Below are positions 19,042 to 29,006 of a DNA stretch of 64,000 nucleotides, in pieces. The notes beneath the pieces are model-generated. The model saw nothing but the letters and a program-made list of their open reading frames with translations. It did not search any database and had not been told where the DNA came from. The DNA comes from Candidatus Moraniibacteriota bacterium (GTDB lineage Bacteria > Patescibacteriota > Minisyncoccia > Moranbacterales > UBA2206): positions 2,177-66,176 of the forward strand of contig DMWY01000008.1 in the NCBI GenBank assembly GCA_003483065.1, given 5' to 3'. The position numbers and the translations under genes were made by a program. Each line of letters opens with the position of its first letter. Positions within the stretch are counted from its first letter, which is position 1.

Positions 19042-19644
19042 TTATTGGTAAACCTTATTATAATAAATTCCAACATCGGCGATCCATTTGTCAACGCTTT
19101 CTGAACTGTGCCCTGCGCAGTTCCAACCACATTTCCAAACAATCATTTCTTCTGGGGTGGATAGATTAGAATCATTAATAAGAGTGCTTATTCTTTTGCC
19201 GACAATATCGACTGCTTGTTTTGGACTGTCAAAACAAGTGTAGCCACTAGGTGTCACATTTTCACCTTGTCCGCGGTAGCCCCAATAATTGAAACAATCT
19301 TTTCCATTAAGCTTGGGAGAATATTTTCCCCAATTACTTTCTTTTTTGGCAATACCAATTAGAAAGGCGGCGGTTCTTTTTTCTTTGGCAGAAATATAGG
19401 GTGCCATTTTTTCCATTGGATAACCAGCCACTAAACTATTGATATTTTTTTCTAGCGGAGTTGTGATTTTTGTTTTGATTGTATTTTCAGCAACAGGAAG
19501 TGATTTGGCATATCCTAAAATCAGTATGTCATAAAAGAGAGCCAACGCGACCATAAAAAGAAGAATGGCTTTTTTGTTCAAAACTTCCTCTGGTGAGGGG
19601 ATAACGAACTTTTTAGAGAGTAATTTTTTGATGTATTTTTTCAT
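19042..19644 (-). CDS. Membrane-anchored putative cell-wall hydrolase (glucosaminidase/GH73-like)
   Basis: N-terminal TM anchor. IAKKESNWG resembles the ESGWG catalytic motif of the glucosaminidase family. Confidence 0.45.
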   Translation of the reverse strand: MKKYIKKLLSKKFVIPSPEEVLNKKAILLFMVALALFYDILILGYAKSLPVAENTIKTKITTPLEKNINSLVAGYPMEKMAPYISAKEKRTAAFLIGIAKKESNWGKYSPKLNGKDCFNYWGYRGQGENVTPSGYTCFDSPKQAVDIVGKRISTLINDSNLSTPEEMIVWKCGWNCAGHSSESVDKWIADVGIYYNKVYQ

Positions 19645-19741
19645 TGTAGTGGCTTATTAAAAGCAAAAAACGGGACTTCACCCGTTTTTATATTTTCCTA
19701 CTCACAACTTCATTATAGCACAGTTTAGGCTAAAATGCAAG

Positions 19742-20683
19742 CTAAAAATTACACTGTGTTCCACCACCGGTGCAACCGGAAACATTAAGCTGGTTTTGGT
19801 CGCGGATGATATCTTTTTGGGTGCTGATCTTGTAGCGGTAGGTAGCAGAAGGATAATTCACATTGGAATTATTAGTGGTGGAATTATTATTAGAAGTATT
19901 TTGATTATTAGGGGGGATTATGTTGGCATTGTTCGATGAAACAACTTGATTGTTAGTTATTGTCAAAATGGAAGTTCCATTTTGGGCTTCATAGGTGAAA
20001 CTTGAGCCGTCCTCAGAAAAGGAAAAACTAATCACATCGTCATAGCCTTGGCTTTTTTGACCATTGACGACTACATAGATTTTATCATTTTCTTTGATCA
20101 CATAAGCAAGCTTGCTTCCGTCATCGCTCATGATAATGGCGGAAGAATTGCCATCACCATCTTTAGCGATAGCAATTTCTTTGAAGGATTTACTTTCTTT
20201 TAGAGTGGCAGTGATATTTAGAATTTCAGCGCTAATCACAGCATATTCGTTGTCTCCTTTGGTGGCAACAAAGGCAATGGTCTTGCCGTTTTTGCTAAAA
20301 GTGATGTAGTTGGATTTTTGGTAAGCATTGATTTCTTGAGAGTTGTTGACCACTACATAGGCTTGTCCACCGATTTCTGCGTTATAGGCAATTTGACTGC
20401 CGTCGGCGCTGAAGACTGGGTTGGAAACAAAGTCATATGTTTTTCCTTCGTTACCATTCCAAATCACTGACCATTGGTCACCCTTTTTTATTTTGTAAAC
20501 TGTATTTTTACCATTGGAAGCGAAAAAGATATCCGGATTTTCTTGCGCTGGTTTAGTAGCCACCACGGGCGCAGTATTTTCTGCCGGCTTGTCTTTCCTT
20601 AGCCAGACTACAGAGAGAATAATGAGAACTGAAAAAAGGACAACAAGAAGAATGGGTAATATTTTTTGTTTTTCGTTTGGCAT
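19742..20683 (-). CDS. Membrane-anchored repeat protein (beta-propeller-like repeats)
   Basis: N-terminal TM. Repeated about 40-aa units with G-x-YD / FSFS-DGS / AY patterns. Asn-rich C-terminus ending CTGGGTQC. Confidence 0.4.
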   Translation of the reverse strand: MPNEKQKILPILLVVLFSVLIILSVVWLRKDKPAENTAPVVATKPAQENPDIFFASNGKNTVYKIKKGDQWSVIWNGNEGKTYDFVSNPVFSADGSQIAYNAEIGGQAYVVVNNSQEINAYQKSNYITFSKNGKTIAFVATKGDNEYAVISAEILNITATLKESKSFKEIAIAKDGDGNSSAIIMSDDGSKLAYVIKENDKIYVVVNGQKSQGYDDVISFSFSEDGSSFTYEAQNGTSILTITNNQVVSSNNANIIPPNNQNTSNNNSTTNNSNVNYPSATYRYKISTQKDIIRDQNQLNVSGCTGGGTQCNF

Positions 20684-20794
20684 TTTGTTTTTTTAATAAT
20701 TAAAGCTACGAAAGAATTAAAAATTTTTAATTCCACGGTAGCTTAATAATCAATATGGTTATGATAGCACAAAAAAAAGGTTAAATAAATTAGC

Positions 20795-21544
20795 TTAAGC
20801 TTCGATTTTGGAAAAAAGATAACTGCCGAGGAGAATGAAAAAGAGAGCGGTGGACAAAAGTACGGAGATATTGAGAAGCATTCCAAAATGGGAAGTGTTG
20901 ATCAAAAAAGATCGCATCGCGTCAATGCCATAGGAGAGGGGATTGAAACGCGCAATAGTGACAAGCACCTTAGGAGATTCATTGTTCAAAGGAAAGATTG
21001 CGCCAGAAAGAAAAAAGACTGGCATAATGAGAAAATTTACGATTAGTTGAAAGCCTTGCATATCTTCTAGTTGAGTGGCGATAGCGGTGCCGATGGCGGT
21101 GAAAAGCAGTGCAATGAGAAACATCACGAGAATTGCAGGAAAAATTAGAAAAAAATTCGTAGGGCGAAAGCCAGCAATGAGAGAAATTAGAAAAACTATG
21201 ATGCCTTGAAAAGTAGCAACAGTAGCGCCGCCAATAGTGCGTCCTAGCATAATATTGAAACGGGATACTGGCGCAACCATAGTTTCTTTCAAAAAACCAA
21301 ATTGACGATCCCAAATTAGTTCTATACCAGAAAAAACAGAAGTGAAAATTATACTCATGCCAATTATTCCTGGCGCCAAAAATTGCAGATAGTTACCTTC
21401 GCCAGCTTTTTGGAAAACTGGTCCAAGTCCATAGCCAAGAGCAATAAGAAAAAGAATTGGTTGACCAAGTGCGCCAAAAATTCTTGATTTAGATCTTAGG
21501 TATCTTTTTATTTGGCGAAGCCAAAGGATATAAATAGTCTTCAT
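20795..21544 (-). CDS. ABC-2 type transporter permease
   Basis: Six TM helices with ABC-2 family topology, adjacent to an ABC ATPase. Confidence 0.75.
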   Translation of the reverse strand: MKTIYILWLRQIKRYLRSKSRIFGALGQPILFLIALGYGLGPVFQKAGEGNYLQFLAPGIIGMSIIFTSVFSGIELIWDRQFGFLKETMVAPVSRFNIMLGRTIGGATVATFQGIIVFLISLIAGFRPTNFFLIFPAILVMFLIALLFTAIGTAIATQLEDMQGFQLIVNFLIMPVFFLSGAIFPLNNESPKVLVTIARFNPLSYGIDAMRSFLINTSHFGMLLNISVLLSTALFFILLGSYLFSKIEA

Positions 21545-21557
21545 ATATTTATTAGAA

Positions 21558-22352
21558 TTATTTTTTGCCCCACATTTTTCTCATCGATCGCAGATTATCA
21601 ATTCCTGAGCCAGATTCTTCGCGTATAGTTTTTCCGGTAAGCGCGAGGAAAGCATCTTCGAGCGAATTAGTCTGAGTTTGGTTTTTTAGCTCTTGCGAAG
21701 TTCCTGCTGCAACAATTTTTCCGTGATCAATTATCACAATGCGCTTAGCGATGCGGTCAGCTTCTTCCATATAGTGCGTGGTCAAGAAAATAGTAGTGCC
21801 TTCTTTTTTGTTGAGTTCTTGGAGGTAATTCCACATATGATTTCTCGTTTGTGGGTCGAGACCGATAGTTGGTTCGTCAAGAAACAAAACTTTCGGGTGA
21901 TGAAGCAGTCCGCGCGCGATTTCCAATCTTCTTTTCATCCCGCCGGAAAATTCCTTGACTAAACTATTTTTTCGATCGGACAATTCAACAAATTTCAAAA
22001 GTTCAGCAATTCTTTCTCGGCGAATTTTTTTAGGCAAATCATAAAGGATGCCATGAAATTCCATATTCTCATAGGCAGTGAGTTCATCATCAAGACTAGG
22101 ATCTTGAAAAACAATGCCGAAGGAACAACGCACAGCGTCTGAATCCAAGAGGGTGTTGTGATCATTAAGCATAATTTCTCCAGAGTCTTGGCGAAGTAGC
22201 GTAGTGAGCATTTTTATGGTAGTTGATTTTCCAGCGCCATTTGGCCCGAGAAAAGCAAAAATTTCTCCTTTTTTCACTTCAAAAGAGATGTTGTCCACGG
22301 CGGTAAAATCGTCAAATTTTTTGGTGAGATTTTTTACTTGAATGATATTCAT
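21558..22352 (-). CDS. ABC transporter ATP-binding protein
   Basis: Walker A GPNGAGKST, signature LSGGMKRRLEIA, Walker B LFLDEPTIGLD. Confidence 0.9.
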   Translation of the reverse strand: MNIIQVKNLTKKFDDFTAVDNISFEVKKGEIFAFLGPNGAGKSTTIKMLTTLLRQDSGEIMLNDHNTLLDSDAVRCSFGIVFQDPSLDDELTAYENMEFHGILYDLPKKIRRERIAELLKFVELSDRKNSLVKEFSGGMKRRLEIARGLLHHPKVLFLDEPTIGLDPQTRNHMWNYLQELNKKEGTTIFLTTHYMEEADRIAKRIVIIDHGKIVAAGTSQELKNQTQTNSLEDAFLALTGKTIREESGSGIDNLRSMRKMWGKK

Positions 22353-22356
22353 AAAA

Positions 22357-23544
22357 TTATTGGAGTGTTATTACTACAATCTCCGGCGTGTTTCCAACTC
22401 GCATAGTCGGCCCCCAAGTGCCAGCGCCGTTAGAAGTATGAAGGGTATAGTCGTCCATTTCAAATAGACCATAATCATAACCGCGGTAAACTAGTTTGGT
22501 GATTAGATTAAAAGGAAAAAACTGACCTTTATGTGTATGCCCGCAAAGTTCCAGATTGATGCCTTGATTTTTTATTTCTGAAATATTGGTTGGTGTGTGG
22601 TAGAGTAAAATATTTGGTTTTCCAAGATAATCTTTTTTGAGTGATTCTAAGATCGCAACAACATCCTTTTTTTTATTGCGCTCAGGATAACTAATGCCGA
22701 TTAGTTTTAGTCCCTTGGCATCAATTACTTCATCGCGGATAATTTTTAGTTGGCTGTTTTTCAATGTTGTGAAAGTATTTTCCAAGCCCAGATAAGTCTC
22801 ATGGTTGCCAGTGACGAAAAACACGCCTTGTTTAGTTTGGATGTCTTCCAAGGGTTTTATTATAGGAGCTAAATTGCCGTCCATTCCGTCAAAAAGATCG
22901 CCCGTGATAAGGACCATTTCCGGTTTTTCGTTGTTTAATTTTTCCACGATCCTTTTTATATATTTTTCTCGATAGATGTGGCCAAGATGAACGTCGGAAA
23001 GCTGGATGATTTTTTTGCCTTTCCAAACTTCGGGTAAATTAGGAATTGAAACGGAAATATTTTTTATCTCAGGATTGAGTGCATTCCAAACGCCATAGAT
23101 GGAAAGAAAAAAAGCGATGACAAAAATGGGGGAGGCGAGGATTGCTGGATTTAAATTTAAATTGAAAAATCTTTCGATGAGAATAATGAGCCAAATTAGA
23201 ATGGCAGCTAAAACAAAATTATTGAGAATTCCAAGCCAAACGCCAGAAAGAAAATAGTAGGCGCGAGTGAAAACATTGTCGTTCCAGTGAGACAAAATAG
23301 AAGAAAGGATAAAACTTATTCCCAAAAAAATCAAAAAGCCGATGAGAATTTTTTGCGAGCTTCCGCTGAGGCTGAAAAAATTGATAAAGGAAAAATATAA
23401 AAACCAATGCGCGCCCAAAAGAATAGTGATAAGCAGAGAAAGGAAAAAAATTGGAAGTAGGATATTCATAATACTAATGATAGTACAAAAAAAGGGAAAA
23501 GAGAAGTTTAATTTTTTAGATAATAAAAAGCGGGCAATCCACAA
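22357..23544 (-). CDS. Membrane-anchored calcineurin-like metallophosphoesterase
   Basis: N-terminal TM helices followed by MPP motifs DVHLGH, GDLFDG, GNHE and CGHTHKG. Confidence 0.8.
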   Translation of the reverse strand: MWIARFLLSKKLNFSFPFFCTIISIMNILLPIFFLSLLITILLGAHWFLYFSFINFFSLSGSSQKILIGFLIFLGISFILSSILSHWNDNVFTRAYYFLSGVWLGILNNFVLAAILIWLIILIERFFNLNLNPAILASPIFVIAFFLSIYGVWNALNPEIKNISVSIPNLPEVWKGKKIIQLSDVHLGHIYREKYIKRIVEKLNNEKPEMVLITGDLFDGMDGNLAPIIKPLEDIQTKQGVFFVTGNHETYLGLENTFTTLKNSQLKIIRDEVIDAKGLKLIGISYPERNKKKDVVAILESLKKDYLGKPNILLYHTPTNISEIKNQGINLELCGHTHKGQFFPFNLITKLVYRGYDYGLFEMDDYTLHTSNGAGTWGPTMRVGNTPEIVVITLQ

Positions 23545-23573
23545 GAGGATTGCCCGTGTTGCTCTGTCAGATA

Positions 23574-24320
23574 TTAGAAGGAATATTTTACACCAAAAGA
23601 ATAGGTGTGTTCATTTTTTCTTCCATCCGTTGTTTTGGTTAATTTCCAAAGGGGCGTTATCCCTCCGAAAAGAGCTAGATCAGACAGCGCCTTGTATTCC
23701 GCCCCATAGTATTGTCTCAGAAAAATCCCATGGGGATCATCAGCGCCAAAACCATCATCCCACACAATCAAGTTGTTAAATAATAGCGCCAATCTTTCGA
23801 AACCGAAAGGTTCCTTATAGATATAAGGCAGATTTATCGTTAAAACTGTAGCGCCATCGCGAAAGTGGCTAATGGGTGACATCCATTCAGCCCAGAGTTC
23901 GCATTTCAAACTGGGATTAATTTCTTTCCCAAATTTTGTGGTCAGAATCCACGGATTTGAATCCCAATTGTTGAAATGAATGTTATACAAAGTTGCAGAC
24001 AATTCAGCGTAGAATTTATCAAGTGGTTTTTTCCAACCGATTGTAGGCTCAAATTCATTTCCGCGTTCGCTATCAAAACTTCCGCGGAAACTTTCGCTCC
24101 ACCAAAAATTAGTGAACAATCCACTTGACTGGTGATTAAGGTTAAGATTTCCCCAGAGCATAGGGAAATCGTAAACATTTTTGGAAGTTTTTATCGCAAT
24201 ATATCTTTGCTGATACATCATGGAAAAACTTCCGCCCCATTCTTTTTTTGTTTCGGCCTGTACCTGAACCGAATTACAAAAAAGAATCAGCCAGGTAAAT
24301 ATTATCAGTGCGGTTTTCAT
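23574..24320 (-). CDS. Secreted protein with outer-membrane beta-barrel-like features (signal peptide, aromatic-rich, C-terminal Phe)
   Basis: Signal peptide MKTALIIFTWLILFCNSVQVQA. C-terminus FGVKYSF. GGGAGG SD upstream. Function unknown. Confidence 0.4.
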   Translation of the reverse strand: MKTALIIFTWLILFCNSVQVQAETKKEWGGSFSMMYQQRYIAIKTSKNVYDFPMLWGNLNLNHQSSGLFTNFWWSESFRGSFDSERGNEFEPTIGWKKPLDKFYAELSATLYNIHFNNWDSNPWILTTKFGKEINPSLKCELWAEWMSPISHFRDGATVLTINLPYIYKEPFGFERLALLFNNLIVWDDGFGADDPHGIFLRQYYGAEYKALSDLALFGGITPLWKLTKTTDGRKNEHTYSFGVKYSF

Positions 24321-24495
24321 TGCAGAACCTCCCTATTCTTATTTTGTTATAATTTTTTAAACAACTTTGCCAAACGCCAATCATTTGACAATTAATGGAA
24401 TATACTATAATATCCAATATATGTAAATATGTTGTCGTCATCTGACAACTGGCTACTGTCATCCCCGCGAAGGCGGGGATCTAGTCGATAAACTC

Positions 24496-25281
24496 ATGGA
24501 CATTATCAAGCTTCTCGAAAAGATTAATTGCACGGACTTTGAAGCTAGAACATTTCTGGCGCTTTTAGAAGAGTCAAAGGGTGTGAGTGTTTTAAGTTTG
24601 AGCAAAAAACTTAACTTGCCCCGTCCGACAATCTATGGCCACATAGAATCATTGATTGAAAAGGGGTTGGCAAAAAAAGGCGTGGGAGAAACCGGGGCGG
24701 TTTTTTATGCAGAAGATAGGGAAAATATTTTGAGTATTTATAGTGAAAAAATTGAAGAAATGAAAAAGGCGCGAGAAAGTTTTTCTGAGGCACTTAACAA
24801 TAAAAAGTTCGAAGCCACTTATCAGCCAAAATTTATCCACTATTCAACTAAAGACGCGGCTAAATCAATTCTTCGCGATGTTTTGCGTTCTCGAGAAAAT
24901 CAAACCTATTGGTTTTGGCCGATCAGAGAAATGGTAAAAATTATTCCAGAATTAGTTTTGCAAAACTTTAATGAAGAAAGAGTAAGAAGAAATATTTGGA
25001 TAAATGTTCTTTGGCCATCGAAAAGAAAAATAGATACTAAAAAATATCCCTTGCTCGGTCCATGGGATGAGGAAAAATCTTTGCGCAGGATAAAAATTTT
25101 GCCGGAAAATATCGACCAAACTTTGGGTTATGCAATTTATGGCGACAAAGTAGCTTTCATTTCTTCTGATAGGGAAAACTATGGCATGATTATTGATAGT
25201 CGAGAATTGGCTCAAACACTGAAAGCCCAGTTTGATTATTTTTGGAAAATTTCTAAAGTTATGAAGCAAAAAAATAATTAA
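24496..25281 (+). CDS. TrmB-family transcriptional regulator
   Basis: N-terminal wHTH (ARTFLALLEESKGVSVLSLSKKLNLPRPTIYGHIESLIEKGL) plus a C-terminal effector domain. Divergent from the secreted-protein gene. Confidence 0.65.
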   Translation: MDIIKLLEKINCTDFEARTFLALLEESKGVSVLSLSKKLNLPRPTIYGHIESLIEKGLAKKGVGETGAVFYAEDRENILSIYSEKIEEMKKARESFSEALNNKKFEATYQPKFIHYSTKDAAKSILRDVLRSRENQTYWFWPIREMVKIIPELVLQNFNEERVRRNIWINVLWPSKRKIDTKKYPLLGPWDEEKSLRRIKILPENIDQTLGYAIYGDKVAFISSDRENYGMIIDSRELAQTLKAQFDYFWKISKVMKQKNN

Positions 25282-25319
25282 ATTTATAGTTGACTTTGTG
25301 CGCTAAAGAATGATAGATT

Positions 25320-26000
25320 GTGAGGATGGATAGGAAAAATTTCAAATATTTTGATGTGATAATGGCTGTCTTTGTGGCAGTGCTTTTGATTTCCAACATT
25401 GCTTCGACAAAAATTTTGGTCTTTTGGAAATTTACCTTTGACGGCGGGACGCTACTTTTTCCTTTGAGCTATATTTTCGGAGATATTCTCACGGAAGTGT
25501 ATGGCTATAAACGGTCAAGAAAAGTTATTTGGACCGGATTTTTTTGTGCGGGGCTGATGTCTTTGGTTCTTTTTGTTGTGAACATTTTGCCACCAGCCAG
25601 TGACTGGCCATATCAAGAAGCGTTTAACAATATTTTGGGACTAGCGCCACGAATTGTCTTGGCCAGCCTCATTGCCTATTTTGCTGGCGAGTTTTCCAAT
25701 TCATATATCTTGGCGAAGATAAAAATATGGATGGCGGGAAAAAAATTGTGGATTCGGACAATTCTTTCAACTTTGGTGGGGGAGTTGGTGGACACTTCAT
25801 TTTTCATCCTCATTGCTTTCTATGGTACTTTGCCAAATGAACTTTTGCTCACAATTTTTGTTTCAAATTATGTTTTCAAATGCGGTGTAGAAATATTATT
25901 CACACCGATCACATATAGGGCGGTTAATTTTTTGAAGAAAAATGAAAACGAAGATTTTTATGATTATGACACTAATTTTAACCCATTTTCGCTGAAATAG
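25320..26000 (+). CDS. Queuosine-precursor transporter family membrane protein (YhhQ/DUF165)
   Basis: Family hallmark LLFPLSYIFGDILTEVYGYKRSR, with about 6 TM helices. Confidence 0.7.
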   Translation: MRMDRKNFKYFDVIMAVFVAVLLISNIASTKILVFWKFTFDGGTLLFPLSYIFGDILTEVYGYKRSRKVIWTGFFCAGLMSLVLFVVNILPPASDWPYQEAFNNILGLAPRIVLASLIAYFAGEFSNSYILAKIKIWMAGKKLWIRTILSTLVGELVDTSFFILIAFYGTLPNELLLTIFVSNYVFKCGVEILFTPITYRAVNFLKKNENEDFYDYDTNFNPFSLK

Positions 26001-26185
26001 TCCACAATCTTGACAAAAAGTATGTTTTAGCGTATAGTTCAATGTTATGCAATAGTTCCTTAAAAATTTACTTTAGTTCTTTTATTTCCTTCGCATCTTG
26101 AATATGGAAACTTTTCTTGATTCAAGTGGCGAAAGAAAAATTCTTTTTTTAAAAAACAATAAAACATCTTAAGGAGAAAATTACG

Positions 26186-26650
26186 ATGAGTAAAATAACC
26201 CTGATGTTGGCTTTTGTGTTGTTGATAGCTTCTCATGCTCACGCTACTCGGTGGGTGGATGTTGAAAAAAATGTTGAAGAAAATATTCAAAATATCCAAT
26301 GTGACTGCGCAAAAGCGCAGGAAATAAAAAAAGGATTTACTAAAAAAGAAGATAAGGAGATCGACAAAGTAATGAAAAATGGCTCAGAGAAAGATCTGAG
26401 TGATTTAATTGGAAAATACAATAAAAAATCCTCAGAAAATTATACCGGTGGGAATATTTTTGGAGGTTTATTTTTTGAAAGTATTTCTATGATATTACAA
26501 AAAACTTGCATTTCAAGATTTCCAGGTAAGTTTTTTGAGGATATCTCCTTAAGCCCGAAGTTTATTTTTTTGGAGGAAAAGATTCAAGTAAAATTGGATC
26601 TATTGAGGAAGCTCGAGGAACAATGCTGTTCCGAAACTTCCGAAAAATAA
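26186..26650 (+). CDS. Hypothetical secreted protein
   Basis: Signal peptide. AAGGAG SD 8 nt upstream. Rho-independent terminator at 26672-26712. Confidence 0.4.
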   Translation: MSKITLMLAFVLLIASHAHATRWVDVEKNVEENIQNIQCDCAKAQEIKKGFTKKEDKEIDKVMKNGSEKDLSDLIGKYNKKSSENYTGGNIFGGLFFESISMILQKTCISRFPGKFFEDISLSPKFIFLEEKIQVKLDLLRKLEEQCCSETSEK

Positions 26651-26671
26651 CTTCTAACCTTTTACCGAAAG

Positions 26672-26712
26672 ACCGTCCAGCGCATGCAACGCGCGCTTGG
26701 ACGGTTTTTTTT
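26672..26712 (+). terminator. Rho-independent terminator
   Basis: ACCGTCCAGCGC atgcaac GCGCGCTTGGACGGT followed by T8. Confidence 0.7.
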
Positions 26713-26842
26713 ATTTTGCTTTCCTTAGTGGTTTTTGATAGTATGGTATATAGAATTTATGCACTTGTCTCAAGGCTACTAAAGCATAATTTTCACATAT
26801 AAATTAGGCGACATATTTTTGAAAAAAGGGTATAATTAGAAT

Positions 26843-27802
26843 ATGAAATTTATAGATTTATTTGCTGGTATAGGCGGAATAAAAATAGGCTTTGAAAACG
26901 CTGGTTTTCAGTGTGTCTTTTCTAATGATTTTGATGAAAATGCAAAAATAACTTTTGATCTTAATTTTTCTGAAATATTTGAAACAGAAAAACAAATGGT
27001 ATTGGGCGATATTCACAATATTACTGCTTCTAAAATTCCTGATTTCGATATCTTGTGTGGGGGTTTTCCATGTCAGCCTTTTTCTATTGCAGGATATAAA
27101 CAAGGATTTAAAGATGAAAACGGCAGAGGAAATTTATTTTTTGATATTGTACGAATTCTAAAAGCCAAAAAACCAACGGCTTTTCTGCTTGAAAATGTAA
27201 AAAACATTAAGACGCACGATAAGGGCAACACAATAAAAGTTATTCTTGAAAAATTAGAAAAAGAACTTGGCTATTTTGTTAAAGTAAAAGTTTTAAATAC
27301 CATGGAATATGGCAATCTCCCACAAAATAGAGAAAGAATTTATATTGTCGGTTTTTTGGATAAAAAAGCACATGATAAATTTTATTTTCCTGAAAAAGTA
27401 AAACTAACCAAAACAATTCACGACTGTCTTGAAAAAAAGGAGGTTGATGATAAATATTATTACAACAGTAAGCCACTTTACGAAGCATTGAAAAAGGAAG
27501 TTAAAAAACGAGATACTATTTATCAATGGCGAAGAAAATATGTAAGAGAAAATAAAAATAACGTTTGTCCAACTCTAACTGCAAATATGGGAATGGGTGG
27601 TCATAATGTCCCATTGGTTTTAAACGGAAAAGGTATCAGAAAATTAACACCCAGAGAATGTGCTAATTTTCAAGGATTTCCAAAGAATTATAAACTTCCC
27701 AATATTGCCGATTCTCATTTATACAAACAATTTGGAAATTCTGTTTCAATACCAGTTATTCAAAAAATTGCCCAAAATATGAATAAAGCTTTAAATAAAT
27801 AA
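26843..27802 (+). CDS. DNA (cytosine-5)-methyltransferase
   Basis: Motif I FAGIGG, motif IV GFPCQPFS, motif VI ENV and motif VIII QNRER in the canonical order. Confidence 0.9.
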   Translation: MKFIDLFAGIGGIKIGFENAGFQCVFSNDFDENAKITFDLNFSEIFETEKQMVLGDIHNITASKIPDFDILCGGFPCQPFSIAGYKQGFKDENGRGNLFFDIVRILKAKKPTAFLLENVKNIKTHDKGNTIKVILEKLEKELGYFVKVKVLNTMEYGNLPQNRERIYIVGFLDKKAHDKFYFPEKVKLTKTIHDCLEKKEVDDKYYYNSKPLYEALKKEVKKRDTIYQWRRKYVRENKNNVCPTLTANMGMGGHNVPLVLNGKGIRKLTPRECANFQGFPKNYKLPNIADSHLYKQFGNSVSIPVIQKIAQNMNKALNK

Positions 27803-27805
27803 ATT

Positions 27806-28930
27806 ATGTTTTTTCAAACTCAAAAACCCGAATTAAAAAAAGAATACGAGCATTTTCTAAGAATTGTCGGTTGCCTTTCTAATCTTTTTTCTGAATCAGA
27901 TATTCCCTACTTATATTATCGAGTCGCAGAAAAAGTTTTTTGTCGTGCCTTTGAAGCAGAAGATTTATCAAGAAGTGATGTTTCAGCTGATGCTAAAAAA
28001 GACGCTTTAGGCATCGGATTAAAAACTTTTCTCGCAAACAACAATAAAACTTTTCAAAAAATTGCTGAATTTAATAATGACAGAAGACTTTATGAAAATT
28101 TATCTCCTGAAAATTTAATCAGAAAAGTTTCAGAACTAAGAAATGCCAGAATTGAATTTACAGAGAACGCCCACGCTCTTGAAAATTCAATTTATCACTG
28201 CGTAATAAGAAATAAGGGAAAGTTTTTAATTTTCGAGGAAGCAATGGATAAAGTTGATATTTCTAATATCAAAAACATAAAAGAAAGAAAAGGCTCAATC
28301 GCTTTTAATGATGGCAAACACGAGTATTCATTTTTAGTTTCTAAAAGTACACTTACGAAAAGATTTATAACTGAACCGATTGCTTATGAGTTCAATGTTG
28401 ATATCTTGAAAGATCCACTTTTAGAATTGAAAAAATTGCTTGAAAAAACAGATTTGCATTTTGAAAAAGCATCAAAAATAAAACAAACAATTTATTTGCC
28501 GTTGTATGGAAAAAATCAAACAGTTTTTGAAAAAAGCGGTTTAAATCAATGGAATGCAGGCGGAAGAGATCGCCATCCTAATGAGGTTTATATTCCAATT
28601 CCAGCAGAAATTCACAAAAATTTTCCAAATTTTTTCCCCGGTCGAGAAACACCCTTTGGTTTAAGGCTGCCAAATGGGAATATAATGCAATCAAAAGTTT
28701 GCCAAGATGGCGGAAAAGCGCTTATGTCATATTCAAATCGTGAGCTAGGGCAATGGATATTAAGAGATGTTTTGAAGCTAAAAGAAGGAGAACTTTTGAC
28801 CTATGAAAGATTGCAAATTCTGGGAATCGATTCAGTAAGAATTGATAGAATGGATAATTCTGATTTTGTAATAAACTTTGCCAGAATTGGAAGTTATGAG
28901 CAGTTTAAAAATATGGATGAGAAAGAATAA
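27806..28930 (+). CDS. Putative type II restriction endonuclease (cognate of the adjacent C5-methyltransferase)
   Basis: Begins 4 nt after the methyltransferase stop. No recognisable housekeeping domain. Assignment is by context only. Confidence 0.4.
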   Translation: MFFQTQKPELKKEYEHFLRIVGCLSNLFSESDIPYLYYRVAEKVFCRAFEAEDLSRSDVSADAKKDALGIGLKTFLANNNKTFQKIAEFNNDRRLYENLSPENLIRKVSELRNARIEFTENAHALENSIYHCVIRNKGKFLIFEEAMDKVDISNIKNIKERKGSIAFNDGKHEYSFLVSKSTLTKRFITEPIAYEFNVDILKDPLLELKKLLEKTDLHFEKASKIKQTIYLPLYGKNQTVFEKSGLNQWNAGGRDRHPNEVYIPIPAEIHKNFPNFFPGRETPFGLRLPNGNIMQSKVCQDGGKALMSYSNRELGQWILRDVLKLKEGELLTYERLQILGIDSVRIDRMDNSDFVINFARIGSYEQFKNMDEKE

Positions 28931-29006
28931 GTAGTTTTGAAAAATTTAATTCATTCCTAGTCCTCTTTTGTGTGAATCCTAATATAAAAAATATAAAAAA
29001 AATCTT

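Noticed and set aside
25260-25325. Expected preQ1 riboswitch upstream of the YhhQ-like queuosine-precursor transporter
   Set aside because: The short leader lacks the preQ1-I hairpin followed by an A-rich tail, and no preQ1-II-like pseudoknot signature is visible.
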